Made by a program: the position numbers and the translations under genes. Below, in pieces: positions 8,923 to 18,997 of a stretch of 64,000 nucleotides of DNA (its first letter is position 1; each line of letters opens with the position of its first letter). The stretch is taken from assembly GCA_038182865.1 (NCBI GenBank), contig CP116226.1, forward strand, positions 847,891 through 911,890. Reading direction: 5' to 3'. The DNA is from Microbacterium enclense. Its GTDB lineage: Bacteria; Actinomycetota; Actinomycetes; Actinomycetales; Microbacteriaceae. The notes under the pieces are model-generated. The model was not told where the DNA came from. It saw only the letters and a program-made list of their open reading frames with translations, and did no database searches.

Positions 8923-9068
8923 CACCGGGGCCGTCTCCCCCGCCGGCGTCCCGAACCCGACCGCCGGGCGCGCCTGCCCCGGCGCGCCGGAAGTGCGAAG
9001 AGGAGACGCGGGCGAACCTCCCCGGGCGGGCCCTCGCCCTCGGCATTCCTCCCCGCTAGCCTCTCGTC

Positions 9069-9410
9069 ATGGTGGACCGGGATGCCATGGCCCGCGCGCA
9101 CGAGATCTTCGACCCGATCGCCGTGCGCCAGTGCGCGCTGCCCGACATCGACATCGGGCGCATGTTCGGGACCGAGGGGCTCCGCGTCCGCGCGAAGGTC
9201 TACGCGTTCGTCGTGCACAACGGCTCACTCGTCGTGAAGCTGTCGGAGCAGCGCGCGGGAGACCTCCTCGCCGCGGGTAGCGCGGGGCCCATGATCATGC
9301 GCGGACGTCCACTGCGGGAGTGGGTGGAAGTGCCGATGGATGCCGGACCGGCGGCGTGGGAAGCGCTGATCGACGAGGCACGGGTCTTCGTCGACGCGAT
9401 CACGCCCTGA
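9069..9410 (+). CDS. TfoX/Sxy N-terminal-domain-like protein
   Basis: 113 aa. The pattern GRMFGTEGLRVRAKVYAFVVHNGSLVVKL...GRPLREWVEVP resembles TfoX_N. An alternative start is at 9087. Confidence 0.5.
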   Translation: MVDRDAMARAHEIFDPIAVRQCALPDIDIGRMFGTEGLRVRAKVYAFVVHNGSLVVKLSEQRAGDLLAAGSAGPMIMRGRPLREWVEVPMDAGPAAWEALIDEARVFVDAITP

Positions 9411-9443
9411 CAGGCGGGCCCCGGCGTCCCCGCCCGGCGCCGG

Positions 9444-10385
9444 TCACCGCCGTACGGGGTCGCCGCCACCGGTAAGGAAGCGTTCGAGGTCGCGACGCGA
9501 CGGCGCGGCCTCCCAGTCGCCGGGGACGAGGCAGGCCATCGCTCCGCACGCGTTGCCGCGCACGAGGGCGTCCCCGGCGGACAGATCGTCGAGCCAGGCG
9601 CTGAGATACCCGGCCACGAACGCGTCACCCGCGCCCACGGTGTCGAGCGGCTCGATGACGAAGCCGGGCGCCTCGGTCACGTCGGCGAGCGAGAAGACCG
9701 CGGCACCCGCCGGCCCGCGCTTGACGATCACCTGCGCCACGCCGGCCGCGAGAAGGGCCGCCGCGGCATCCGGTCCCAGGAGGTCGAGCTCCTCCACGCC
9801 CCCGAACACGAGCGTCGCGCGCTCGGCGATCTCGCGCAGCACCGGTCCCGCGACCTCGGGAGCGGCCAGCGCCGAGCGGTAGTTGATGTCGAAGCTCACC
9901 GGCACGTCGGCGGCGCGTGCGCGCTCGACGACCGCGAGCACGGTCTCGCGCGCGCTGTCGGACAGCAGCGGAGTGATGCCGGTGACGTGCAGCAGCGCTG
10001 CGTCCTCGATCCACCCGGCCGGCACGTCGTCGGCCACCAGCCGCGACCCCGCCGAGCCGCGTCGGTAGTAGTGGACCGCCGTGGATGCCGCGGACGGGCG
10101 TTCCTTGATCATGAGGCCCGTGGGCGCCCCGCCGTCGACCACCGCGCGCACGTCGAGTCCCTCCCCGCGCAGCTCGCGCGCGATCCGCTCGCCGAGGGGG
10201 TCGTCACCGACGCGGCCGAGCCACGACGTGTCGACACCGAGGCGCTGGAGCCCGACGGCGACGTTGCTCTCGGCCCCGCCGATCCCGAGCGCGAGTCCCG
10301 CCGCGTGGCGAAGAGAACCGATCTCGGTGGTGCGCGCGAGCGCCATGGTCTCGCCGAGGGTGACGACGCGGGTCACGACCCGCAC
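9444..10385 (-). CDS. kdgK: 2-dehydro-3-deoxygluconokinase (PfkB family)
   Basis: VTLGETMAL..., GGAESNVAVGL, DTVGAGDAF. Adjacent to eda. Start uncertain. Confidence 0.85.
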   Translation of the reverse strand: MRVVTRVVTLGETMALARTTEIGSLRHAAGLALGIGGAESNVAVGLQRLGVDTSWLGRVGDDPLGERIARELRGEGLDVRAVVDGGAPTGLMIKERPSAASTAVHYYRRGSAGSRLVADDVPAGWIEDAALLHVTGITPLLSDSARETVLAVVERARAADVPVSFDINYRSALAAPEVAGPVLREIAERATLVFGGVEELDLLGPDAAAALLAAGVAQVIVKRGPAGAAVFSLADVTEAPGFVIEPLDTVGAGDAFVAGYLSAWLDDLSAGDALVRGNACGAMACLVPGDWEAAPSRRDLERFLTGGGDPVRR

Positions 10386-10996
10386 ACCTCCACGAACCGC
10401 TTCGCCCGCTCGCGCAGCGCGCCGAGGTCACCGCCCCGGAACGCGTCACCGAGCAGCGGTCCGCCCACGCTGACCGCCACGGCGCCCGCGGCGAGCCACG
10501 CGGCCGCACCGTCGGCATCCACTCCTCCCGAAGGGACGACCGCGATGTCGGGGAACGGTCCGCGCAGGTCTTTCAGGTAGCCCGGGCCGACCTGCCCGGC
10601 CGGGAAGACCTTCACGGCCGATGCGCCCGCCGACCACGACGCGAACAGCTCGGTCGGCGTCAGGCCACCGGGGATGATCGGGATGCCGGCCCTCACGGCC
10701 CGCTCGACGAGTGCGGAAGAGGTGATGGGAGTGACGACATAGTCGGCACCGACCTCGATCGCGCGCTCGAGCTGATCCAGGGTCGTGACCGTGCCGATGC
10801 CGAGATCGCCGTCGAACGAGGCCCGCAGGGCCGCGAAGGCGTCGAAGGTTCCGGGCGTCGTCAGCGTCAACTCGACGCTCTGCACGCCCCCCTCGGCGAG
10901 GGCGGCGAGCACCGGCGCGTAGTCCGACGCTGCGGAGGCCCGGGCGACGACGACGAGCTTCGAGGCCAACGTGCGGGCGGGGAGCTCACCAGTCAT
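10373..10996 (-). CDS. eda: KDPG/KHG aldolase
   Basis: 207 aa, Eda-like ([22 protein letters not shown]). Overlaps both kdgK and manD. Confidence 0.85.
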   Translation of the reverse strand: MTGELPARTLASKLVVVARASAASDYAPVLAALAEGGVQSVELTLTTPGTFDAFAALRASFDGDLGIGTVTTLDQLERAIEVGADYVVTPITSSALVERAVRAGIPIIPGGLTPTELFASWSAGASAVKVFPAGQVGPGYLKDLRGPFPDIAVVPSGGVDADGAAAWLAAGAVAVSVGGPLLGDAFRGGDLGALRERAKRFVEVCGS

Positions 10997-12212
10997 GGAC
11001 GGTCCCGTCGAGCAGGCGGTTCACGGGCAGGTAGGCCTTGGTGTACTCGAACGCACCCGCGGCCTCCTCGTCGAGCTCGACGCCGAGACCCGGCTGGTCG
11101 CCCGGGTGCAGGAAGCCCTTGTCGAAGGTGAAGCTCGTCTGGAACACCTCGAGCGTCTGCTCGTTGTGCGGCATGTACTCCTGGATGCCGAAGTTGTGGA
11201 TCGCGAGATCGAGGTGGAGCGCTGCGGCCATCCCGACGGGCGAGATGTCGGTGGGCCCGTGGATGCCGGAGCGGATGCCGTAGATCGCGGCGAAGTCGAG
11301 CAGCTTCTTCATCGCGGTGATGCCACCGGTGTGGGTGACGGCCGAGCGGACGTAGTCGATCAGGCGCTCGGTGATGAGCGTCTGGTAGTCGTAGACCGTG
11401 TTGAAGACCTCGCCGATCGCGAGCGGGGTCGTGGAGTGCTGACGGATGAGGCGCAGCGCCGTCTGGTCCTCGCCGGGAGTGGCGTCTTCGAGCCAGAACA
11501 GGTCATAGGGCTCGACGTCTTTGGCGAAGCGCGCGGCCTCGATCGGGGTCATGCGGTGGTGGCCGTCGTGGAGGATGCGCAGGTCGGTACCGAACTCCTC
11601 GCGGATCTTCGCGAACACCCCGGGCATGTGGTTGAGGTACTGGCGGGTGTCCCACGTCTCCTCGGACGGGCGGTCACCCGAACGCTTCGCCGGTTCGTAG
11701 TCGTACCGCACGCCGGGACCCGTGGACGAGACGCCGTAGATCTGGCCGAGGCCGGGAACACCCGTCTGTACGCGCACGGCGGTGAAGCCGAGCTCGCGGT
11801 ATCCGGTGATGGCGTTCGACAGGGCTTCGAAATCGGTGCCCGAGGCGTGTGCGTAGACGCGCACGCCGTCACGGCTCGCCCCACCCAGCAGCTGGTACAG
11901 CGGCATCCCGGCCTTCTTGGCCTTGATGTCCCACAGCGCCATGTCGACCGCGGCGATCGCGGCCATCGTCACCGGCCCGCGGCGCCAGTACGCACCCCGG
12001 TAGAGGTATTGCCAGGTGTCTTCGATGCGGTCCTCGTCGCGGCCGATCAGCATCGAGGCGAGGTGATCGGAGAGGTAGGAGGCCACCGACAGCTCGCGGC
12101 CGTTGAGGGTGGCATCCCCCCATCCGACGATGCCGTCGCTGGTGGTGACCTTCAGGGTGACGAAGTTGCGGCCGGGGCTCGTGACGATGACGTCGACGGA
12201 GGCGATGCTCAT
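10986..12212 (-). CDS. manD: D-mannonate dehydratase, enolase superfamily (ManD subgroup)
   Basis: 408 aa. [33 protein letters not shown]...[13 protein letters not shown] is typical of the ManD subgroup. Confidence 0.9.
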   Translation of the reverse strand: MSIASVDVIVTSPGRNFVTLKVTTSDGIVGWGDATLNGRELSVASYLSDHLASMLIGRDEDRIEDTWQYLYRGAYWRRGPVTMAAIAAVDMALWDIKAKKAGMPLYQLLGGASRDGVRVYAHASGTDFEALSNAITGYRELGFTAVRVQTGVPGLGQIYGVSSTGPGVRYDYEPAKRSGDRPSEETWDTRQYLNHMPGVFAKIREEFGTDLRILHDGHHRMTPIEAARFAKDVEPYDLFWLEDATPGEDQTALRLIRQHSTTPLAIGEVFNTVYDYQTLITERLIDYVRSAVTHTGGITAMKKLLDFAAIYGIRSGIHGPTDISPVGMAAALHLDLAIHNFGIQEYMPHNEQTLEVFQTSFTFDKGFLHPGDQPGLGVELDEEAAGAFEYTKAYLPVNRLLDGTVHDW

Positions 12213-12338
12213 GGGGAACTTTCTGGTCGAGAGGGAGGGCGCGGGTCGGACCGGCGCCGCCCGGAGGAGAGGATGCCGGGCGGACTCGCCGTCACGAGCC
12301 CGCCCGGGGAGGGGTGCGGGGCGTCGAGCCCCGCGGGA

Positions 12339-13739
12339 TCACATCGCCGCGCGCGGGTCGGTCAGGTCGCGACCGGTCCACTCGGGAGCGACGATCGCGG
12401 CGACCAGCGCCGAGGCGGTGAACACGCCCATCAGCACCATGATCGGCACGATGCTGCCGGTGGCCGCGGCCACCCAGGCGGCGGCCACGACCGGACCGAT
12501 GCCCGTGGCGACGATGGCGGCGATCTCGCGGACCACGGCGGTGAGGGTGTAGCGGTTGCGGGCACCGAAGATCTCGGGGATCGAGATGTTCTCCATGGAT
12601 GCCAGACCCAGCACCGAGATGTTGTGGATCAGCGCATAGCCGACGAAGATCCAGGCGACGTCGCGCGAGTTGATCAACAGCAGGGTCGGGACGATCAGCA
12701 GCAGCGACAGCGACGACATGACGATGTACATGCGGCGGCGGCCGAACTTGTCGCCCAAGAAGCCCACGACGGGGATGGTGATGAAGCCGATCAGCGACGA
12801 GACGATGACGATCTCGGGACCGACCTCCTTGGAGATGGCGAGGGTGATCGTGATGAACGAGATCAGGTAGGTCTGCACGATGCCGGAGTTGCCGGCCTGG
12901 CCGAAGCGCAGGAAGAACGATACGAGCACAGCCTTGAGCGGCTTCTTCTGCAGCGACTCCAGGGTGCGGATGTCGTTGGTCTCGGTGGCCACCTTCTGCA
13001 GCTCGGCGCGCGAGAGCGCCTTGCCGTCGACGACGTCGGTGCGCTCCTCGAAGACCGGGCTCTCCTTGAGGTTGAAGCGGACCCAGAGGGCGAAGAGCAT
13101 GATGACGGCGCTGCCGATGAAGGGAATGCGCCAGCCCCACGCGATGACGTCGCTCTCCATCATCACGGCGAGCAGGATCGCCCAGATACCGGAGGCGAAC
13201 AGCGTGCCGCAGTTGGTACCCAGCGCGACGAGCGAGGCGACGACGCCGCGACGGTTGTCGGGGGCGTACTCGGCGAGCATGACGCCCGCACCGGAGATCT
13301 CAGCGCCCGCACCGAAGCCCTGGGCGAGGCGGAGGATCACGAGGAGGATCGGGGCCAGGATGCCGACCTGGTCGTAGGTCGGCAGCACGCCGATGAGGGT
13401 CGTCGCCGCTCCCATCAGCAGGATCGTGTAGAACAGCACCTGCTTGCGGCCGATCTTGTCGCCGATGCGGGCGAAGAAGAACGCGCCGACCGGGCGGGCC
13501 ACGTAGCCCACGCCGTAGGTCGCCATCGCGAGCACGACCGCCATCGCGGCGTCGCCGCCGGCGAAGAAGATCTGGCTGAAGACGAGGGCGGCGGCCAGCG
13601 AATAGAGCTGGAAGTCCATGAACTCCAGCGCGGTGCCGAGCCAGCCCGAGACGGCGGCGCGGGCGAGGTCGCCGACGGATCGTTTGGCGACGGGCGGCGA
13701 CGTCGAGGCGTCGACGCCGGGGGCGGAAGAGCTGCTCAT
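12339..13739 (-). CDS. MFS transporter, metabolite:H+ symporter (MHS)-like
   Basis: 466 aa, 12 TM-like segments. N-terminal GWLGTALEFMDFQLYS is typical of MHS transporters. Confidence 0.85.
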   Translation of the reverse strand: MSSSSAPGVDASTSPPVAKRSVGDLARAAVSGWLGTALEFMDFQLYSLAAALVFSQIFFAGGDAAMAVVLAMATYGVGYVARPVGAFFFARIGDKIGRKQVLFYTILLMGAATTLIGVLPTYDQVGILAPILLVILRLAQGFGAGAEISGAGVMLAEYAPDNRRGVVASLVALGTNCGTLFASGIWAILLAVMMESDVIAWGWRIPFIGSAVIMLFALWVRFNLKESPVFEERTDVVDGKALSRAELQKVATETNDIRTLESLQKKPLKAVLVSFFLRFGQAGNSGIVQTYLISFITITLAISKEVGPEIVIVSSLIGFITIPVVGFLGDKFGRRRMYIVMSSLSLLLIVPTLLLINSRDVAWIFVGYALIHNISVLGLASMENISIPEIFGARNRYTLTAVVREIAAIVATGIGPVVAAAWVAAATGSIVPIMVLMGVFTASALVAAIVAPEWTGRDLTDPRAAM

Positions 13740-13775
13740 CGGATTACTCCTTTGTAGTGATGACGGGTGCAGGTG

Positions 13776-14780
13776 TTACAGGGACAGGAGGACCTTGGCG
13801 GATGCTGAGGAGTCCCGCGCCGTGGCGAACGCGGCGACCGCGTCGGTGGCGGGGATCACGTGCGAGACGACGGCGTCGAGGGCGTCGGTCGACGCGAGGA
13901 GCGCGATCGCGTCGTCGATCTCGGTCGAGAACCGGAACGCGCCGCGCAGGGTGAGCTCCTTGGCGAGCATCGGGGCGAGGTTCACCCCGATCTCGGCGTC
14001 GGGGAGCATGCCGACCTGCACGACGGTGCCGGCGCGGCGGGCGGCGCGGACGGCCTGGGTGAGGGCGACACCCACGCCGGAGCACTCGAGAACGACGTCG
14101 AACGACTCGGGGTCGATCGCGTCGGTGCCGACGAGGAACGTCTCGGTGGCGCCGAGCGCCCGCGCTCGTTCCAGGGGCTCGGGGCGCACGTCGCTGGCGC
14201 CCACGACGGCGGCGCCCGCATTCACGGCGGCGGCGGCAACGAGCAGACCGATGGGACCCGCGCCGATGACGAGAGCACGCTTCCCGGTCAGGTCGCCCGC
14301 GAGGCCCACGGCGTGGATTGCGACGGCGAGCGGCTCGGCGAGGGCCGCGCGCTCCAGGGAGAGGCCCTCGGGCAGCACGCGCACCATGTGCTCCTCGACG
14401 AGGAGGAACTCAGACGCCCCGCCCTGACGGTGCGGAAAACCTGCGGCGCTGCCGAGGTAATCTCCGCCGGCGCGCAGGTGGGGACGGTCCTCGAGACCGG
14501 GAACCGAGGGGCCGAAGCGGGCAGGATGCACGGTGACGGGGGTTCCCGGCGCGAGGCGCCCCGACGGGTCGAGGTCGACCTCGGCCGAGAGCTCGTGGCC
14601 GGGAGTGAGGGGCTCACGGACGGCATACTCGCCGTTCTTGCCGTGGGAGTAGTAGTGCAGGTCCGACCCGCAGATGCCGACGTAACGCACGCGCAGGCGC
14701 ACCTCACCCTCTCCGGGTTCGGGGGTCGGTCGGTCTTCCCAGCGGATGTCTTCTGCGCCGTGGATCGCGAGGAGCTTCAT
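13776..14780 (-). CDS. Zn-dependent alcohol/polyol dehydrogenase (L-idonate/L-gulonate 5-dehydrogenase-like)
   Basis: Internal ATG at 14780 of ORF 13776..15038. MKLLAIHG..., GICGSDLHYY, GAGPIGLL. Confidence 0.8.
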   Translation of the reverse strand: MKLLAIHGAEDIRWEDRPTPEPGEGEVRLRVRYVGICGSDLHYYSHGKNGEYAVREPLTPGHELSAEVDLDPSGRLAPGTPVTVHPARFGPSVPGLEDRPHLRAGGDYLGSAAGFPHRQGGASEFLLVEEHMVRVLPEGLSLERAALAEPLAVAIHAVGLAGDLTGKRALVIGAGPIGLLVAAAAVNAGAAVVGASDVRPEPLERARALGATETFLVGTDAIDPESFDVVLECSGVGVALTQAVRAARRAGTVVQVGMLPDAEIGVNLAPMLAKELTLRGAFRFSTEIDDAIALLASTDALDAVVSHVIPATDAVAAFATARDSSASAKVLLSL

Positions 14781-14823
14781 CGCGTCTCCTTCTGTTGTCG
14801 CGCCGTGTGGGGCGCCGAGGTGG

Positions 14824-16347
14824 TCAGGGGGTGGGGCGGGCCAGGCTGCCGGCCGCAGCGAGGCTGTCGGCGATCGCGCTCTCGACGCCGCGCTGCACGA
14901 TCCTGTCGACGAGGTCGCCGACCCGGTCGATGAACGCGGTGCGATGCGCGACGTCGTCGCCGAACAGTCGCAGATCAACGATGGCGCGGTGTGCCAGGTC
15001 GCGCCCATTCCGGGTCGGCACGGCCGTGAGACGCTCACGAGCGGGATCGCTCATGGCCTCGGCGTGCGGGCCGGGGTCGAACCCCGCGGGAGGGGCGATG
15101 CAGACCAGGTACCCGGCCACCGTCAGCGCGATCAGGTGCGGGAACTCGCCGCGGGCGAAGGCGTGGGCGACGGGTCCGGGGATGCGCTGCCCGAGCTTGA
15201 CCGACCCGTCGGACCCGACCTGGCTCGTGCGGTGGCCGAGCGCGCTGTTCGCCCAGCGGGAGAACAGGTCGCGCTCGTACTGCTCGATGTCGACACCGGC
15301 CGGAGCGGTGACCGAGGGCTCGTACTCGCCGCGCAGAACCGCCGCGGCGGCGGCTTCGACGTCGGCGAGGGCGATGGCATCCGGGATCGTGGGAACGCCC
15401 CGCAGTGCTCCCAGGTAGGCGATGAGCGAGTGGGTGCCGTTGAGCAGACGCACCTTCAGCTGTTCGTAGGCGCCGACTTCGTCGGTGAACACGGCACCAC
15501 CGGCCTCCCAGGCGGGCCGGCCCGCGGCGAAGCGGTCTTCGATCGCCCACATCGTGAAGGGCTCGGCGGGGACGGGAGCGTCGTCGCGGACGCCCAGCAG
15601 CGCCGCCACGCGGTCGGTGAGCTCGGCGGTGGTCGCGGGGACGATGCGGTCGACCATGCTCGAGGGGAAGGTCACCGCGCGGTCGAGGTAGGTCAGGACG
15701 TCGGCGGCCTCGGCATCCGGAAGCTCCTGGAGGAACTCGCGGACGAGCTTCTCGGTGTGCGAGCCGTTGGAGAGCAGGTTGTCGCAGCTGAGGATCGAGA
15801 CGGGGGCCCCGCCGGCGGCGGCGCGCGCCTGCAGACCGCGAGCGAGCTGACCGATGGTCGAGCTCGGTGCGCCGCCGCGGAGGTCGGCCTGCACGCGCGG
15901 GTCGGTGACGTCGAGGTGCTGGGTCGATGACGAGAAGCTGTAGCCGTTCTCGGTGACCGTGAGCGTCACCACGCGGATCGACGGGTCGGCGAGGTCGCGG
16001 ACGACGCGGCCCGGGTCGTCCGCGGCGACGTAGGAGTCGGTGTGGGCGCCGGGGATGTCGAGGGTCGTCCCCTCGGGCGAGATCGTGGCGACGGCGTAGA
16101 GATGATCCTGCGCGTGCAGGGCGTCGACGATCCGGCGAGACCGCGAGGCGACGCCGACGATCCCCCAATCGCCGCCCTCGGCGCGGAGAGCGGCGGCGGT
16201 GTAGACCGCCTGATGCGCGCGGTGGAAGCTGCCGAGGCCGAGGTGCAGGATGCCGGCGGACGCGGGAGCCGCGGGAAGGACGACTGACGTCGAGGCGTCG
16301 CGACCCATGCGCGCGGTCGGTTCGGAGAGATCGTCGATGATCGGCAT
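14824..16347 (-). CDS. uxuB: mannitol dehydrogenase-family oxidoreductase (fructuronate reductase-like)
   Basis: Internal ATG at 16347 of ORF 14824..16488. ILHLGLGSFHRAHQAVY is the long-chain mannitol-DH N-terminus. An alternative start lies 13 codons downstream. Confidence 0.8.
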   Translation of the reverse strand: MPIIDDLSEPTARMGRDASTSVVLPAAPASAGILHLGLGSFHRAHQAVYTAAALRAEGGDWGIVGVASRSRRIVDALHAQDHLYAVATISPEGTTLDIPGAHTDSYVAADDPGRVVRDLADPSIRVVTLTVTENGYSFSSSTQHLDVTDPRVQADLRGGAPSSTIGQLARGLQARAAAGGAPVSILSCDNLLSNGSHTEKLVREFLQELPDAEAADVLTYLDRAVTFPSSMVDRIVPATTAELTDRVAALLGVRDDAPVPAEPFTMWAIEDRFAAGRPAWEAGGAVFTDEVGAYEQLKVRLLNGTHSLIAYLGALRGVPTIPDAIALADVEAAAAAVLRGEYEPSVTAPAGVDIEQYERDLFSRWANSALGHRTSQVGSDGSVKLGQRIPGPVAHAFARGEFPHLIALTVAGYLVCIAPPAGFDPGPHAEAMSDPARERLTAVPTRNGRDLAHRAIVDLRLFGDDVAHRTAFIDRVGDLVDRIVQRGVESAIADSLAAAGSLARPTP

Positions 16348-16363
16348 ACAAGCAGTGTGCGGT

Positions 16364-16375
16364 GTTTGTACAAAC
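16364..16375. promoter_or_regulatory. perfect 12-bp palindrome, candidate operator
   Basis: GTTTGTACAAAC in the AT-richer divergent region between the uxuB-like gene and the LacI gene. Confidence 0.4.
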
Positions 16376-16435
16376 TTGTCAATAGTTTTCACTACGCCAT
16401 GGACGAAGATGGACTCACAGCACGAAGGAGCAGGA

Positions 16436-17398
16436 ATGGCGGCGACCCTCACCGACGTGGCCCGGCACGCCGGCGTCTCGATCGCCACGGCCTCGCGTGC
16501 CTTCGGCGAACCCGACCGCCTCGCCCCCGCGACGCTCGAGCGCGTCCGCCTCGCGGCCGCCGAACTCGGCTACGCGACCCCGCAGACCCCGACCGGGGCG
16601 CGCACGATCGCGGTCGTCGTTCCGGATGCCGCGAACCCCGTGTACGCGACCCTGCTCAAGGCCATCCAAGGCCAGGCCTGGCACGGGCGACACCGCATCG
16701 TGCTCTACGACGCCGACGAAGACCTGCGCCGCGAGCGCGAGTCCATCGAGCTCGCAGGCAAGGCCGACGGGCTGCTGCTGTGCTCTCCGCGCCTCCCCGA
16801 GGCGGAGGTGCTCGCGCTCGTCGGCGACACTCCGCACGTGGTCATCAACCGTCTGATCCCCGGCGCCGTCTGCGTGATCATGGACGCCGATCGCGGCCCG
16901 AGCCAGGCCGTCGAGCATCTCGCAGCCCTCGGCCACGCGCACCTCGCCTACGCCTCGGGCCCGCACGGCTCATGGGCCGACGACCAGCGCGCGCACACCG
17001 TCGGCCGAGCCTGCGAGCGGCACGGCATCCGCCTCACGCGCCTGAGCAACCACGCCGCGTCCATCCAGGGCGGTCGGGCGAGCGCCGCCGCCGCCGTCGC
17101 CAGCGGCGCGACCGCCGTGATCGCCTACAACGACCTCGTCGCCCTGGGGCTCGAAGCCGGGATGGGCGAGCTCGGTCACGCGTGCCCCGACGACGTCAGC
17201 ATCGTCGGGATCGACGACATCGAACTCGCGGGCGCCGTGACTCCGAGCCTGACCACCGTGCGGATGCCGATCGCGCGATCCGGCGCCCTGGCGGTGGACC
17301 TGCTGCTGCAGTCGATGGCCGGCACGACGCCCGACGAAGCGGCGGTGCTGCCGTCGGAGCTGATCGTGCGCGGCTCGACCGCGCCGCCGCGCGCCTAG
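16436..17398 (+). CDS. LacI family transcriptional regulator
   Basis: ATG at 16436 after GAAGGAG. ATLTDVARHAGVSIATASRAF HTH plus a periplasmic-binding-fold C-terminus. Confidence 0.9.
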   Translation: MAATLTDVARHAGVSIATASRAFGEPDRLAPATLERVRLAAAELGYATPQTPTGARTIAVVVPDAANPVYATLLKAIQGQAWHGRHRIVLYDADEDLRRERESIELAGKADGLLLCSPRLPEAEVLALVGDTPHVVINRLIPGAVCVIMDADRGPSQAVEHLAALGHAHLAYASGPHGSWADDQRAHTVGRACERHGIRLTRLSNHAASIQGGRASAAAAVASGATAVIAYNDLVALGLEAGMGELGHACPDDVSIVGIDDIELAGAVTPSLTTVRMPIARSGALAVDLLLQSMAGTTPDEAAVLPSELIVRGSTAPPRA

Positions 17399-17456
17399 CG
17401 GCGGGGGTTTCGCCGGAGCGAGCGACACGACCCCGGGCGCCGTGACCCCGCGAGCC

Positions 17457-17673
17457 GTCAGGCGGAATTCCACCCCGACACGCCGACCCCGGATGCCACC
17501 ACCCCGGCGTTTCACCACGAACACCGCACGACGGCTCGGAACCGCCCGCGGCACGTCAGGCGGAGTCCCACCCCGACACGCCGACCCCGGATGCCACCAC
17601 CCCGGCGTTTCACCACGAACTCCGCACGACGGCTCGGAACCGCCCCCACCCCGGCCCCGCGCGGCACGTCAGG
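17457..17673. repeat. two tandem ~98/113-bp units of a structured GC-rich repeat family
   Basis: Units begin GTCAGGCGGA at 17457 and 17555, and a third GTCAGG is at 17668. Each unit carries ACACGCCG-N19-CGGCGT and CCGCACGACGGCTCGGAACCGCCC. Confidence 0.9.
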
Positions 17674-18955
17674 TGCGCGCGACGAGCATCGCCTCCACGT
17701 CGTCGACGAGGCCGGGGGCGCCCGGCGCGACCGCGATCGCGTCACCGATGCGCCGGGCGTTCGCCGCATAGCGCGGATCGGCGAGGATCCGTCGGACGGC
17801 CGCGCGGATGGCATCCGGGGTCGGGCGACCCGTCCGCAGGTTCACCCCCACGCCGGCGTGCTGCACGCGGGCGGAGGTCTCGACCTTGTCTTCCGAGTCG
17901 CCGGCGATGACGATCGGGACACCGTGGCGCATGGCGTGGTGGAGGCCGCCGTATCCGCCATTCGTCACGAGGACGCTCGTGCGGGCGAGCAACTCGTCGT
18001 AGGGCAGGTAGCTCGCCGCGAACGCGTTGGAAGGAAGCGGCGGGAGGGTGTCGACAGAGCGACCTCCGGTGGTCACCGCCACCTGCACCGGCAGGTGGGC
18101 CAGGGCCGTGAGGGTCGGCTCGATGACCTCGCTGTAGTCGGTGTTGGCGACGGTGCCCTGCGTGACGTGCACGAGCGGCAGAGCCGGGTCGAGGTCGGCG
18201 AACCACGCCGGCGCGGGGGTCGGCCGGCTGGAGGCGGTGGGCATGGGGCCGTAGAAGCGCAGGTTCGCGGGTGCATCGCTGCGGGGGTACTCGAACTCCT
18301 CGACGGTGAACTGGGCGAGCAGGTCGCTGCGCGAGAGCACATCCATGAAGAATGCGCCGTTGAGCGGTGGCGCCCCGACGCTGGAGAGGAAGAGGTCGAG
18401 CGAGCGGTGCACCGGTCGCAGGACGGTCTTCGCCGTCACCCCCAGGACCCGGTTGCGCAGGCGATTGAGCACCGGCTGGCGGAGCGGCGTGATGCCGAGA
18501 CCGTACGGGGGCGTGTCACGGCTGGAGAAGCCCGCCGCCGTGATGCCGCACATGACCGTGAGGGGACGCCGGGAGGGCGGCCGACCGAACAGGGTCTGCA
18601 CCCCCAGGAAGAGCATGTCGTGCAGCACGACGTCCGCCGACTCTTCCGCGAGGACGTGCTCCAGCGTGGCCGCCGCGGGGCCTGCCGGGTCGAGGAACGC
18701 CCGCTCCACGCCGCGGTTGATCGTCGCGAGCCCCCGCTCACGCACGTCGTCGCCCGTTCCGATGTCGTCGAGCGTGTCGGCCTCGGGCGGCAGAGGCAGG
18801 AACCGGATGCCGGCGGCCTCGACCATCGACCGGTACCGGGCACCGGTCAGCAGGCGCACGCGCCAGCCGCGGCGCTGCAGCTCGGCGGCGACGACGAGGA
18901 GCGGGCCGACGTGCCCGACGGCGGGCATGCTGCAGATGAGGGCGGAGGAAGTCAT
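17669..18955 (-). CDS. GT1-family (MGT/UDP-glycosyltransferase-like) glycosyltransferase
   Basis: 428 aa. N-terminus CSMPAVGHVGPLLVVAAELQRRGWRV. C-terminus VTNGGYGGLHHAMRHGVPIVIAG. Confidence 0.85.
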   Translation of the reverse strand: MTSSALICSMPAVGHVGPLLVVAAELQRRGWRVRLLTGARYRSMVEAAGIRFLPLPPEADTLDDIGTGDDVRERGLATINRGVERAFLDPAGPAAATLEHVLAEESADVVLHDMLFLGVQTLFGRPPSRRPLTVMCGITAAGFSSRDTPPYGLGITPLRQPVLNRLRNRVLGVTAKTVLRPVHRSLDLFLSSVGAPPLNGAFFMDVLSRSDLLAQFTVEEFEYPRSDAPANLRFYGPMPTASSRPTPAPAWFADLDPALPLVHVTQGTVANTDYSEVIEPTLTALAHLPVQVAVTTGGRSVDTLPPLPSNAFAASYLPYDELLARTSVLVTNGGYGGLHHAMRHGVPIVIAGDSEDKVETSARVQHAGVGVNLRTGRPTPDAIRAAVRRILADPRYAANARRIGDAIAVAPGAPGLVDDVEAMLVART

Positions 18956-18997
18956 CTCGGTCTTTCTTGATGCGGCCTCCGCCGGTGCGGCGGAGGG

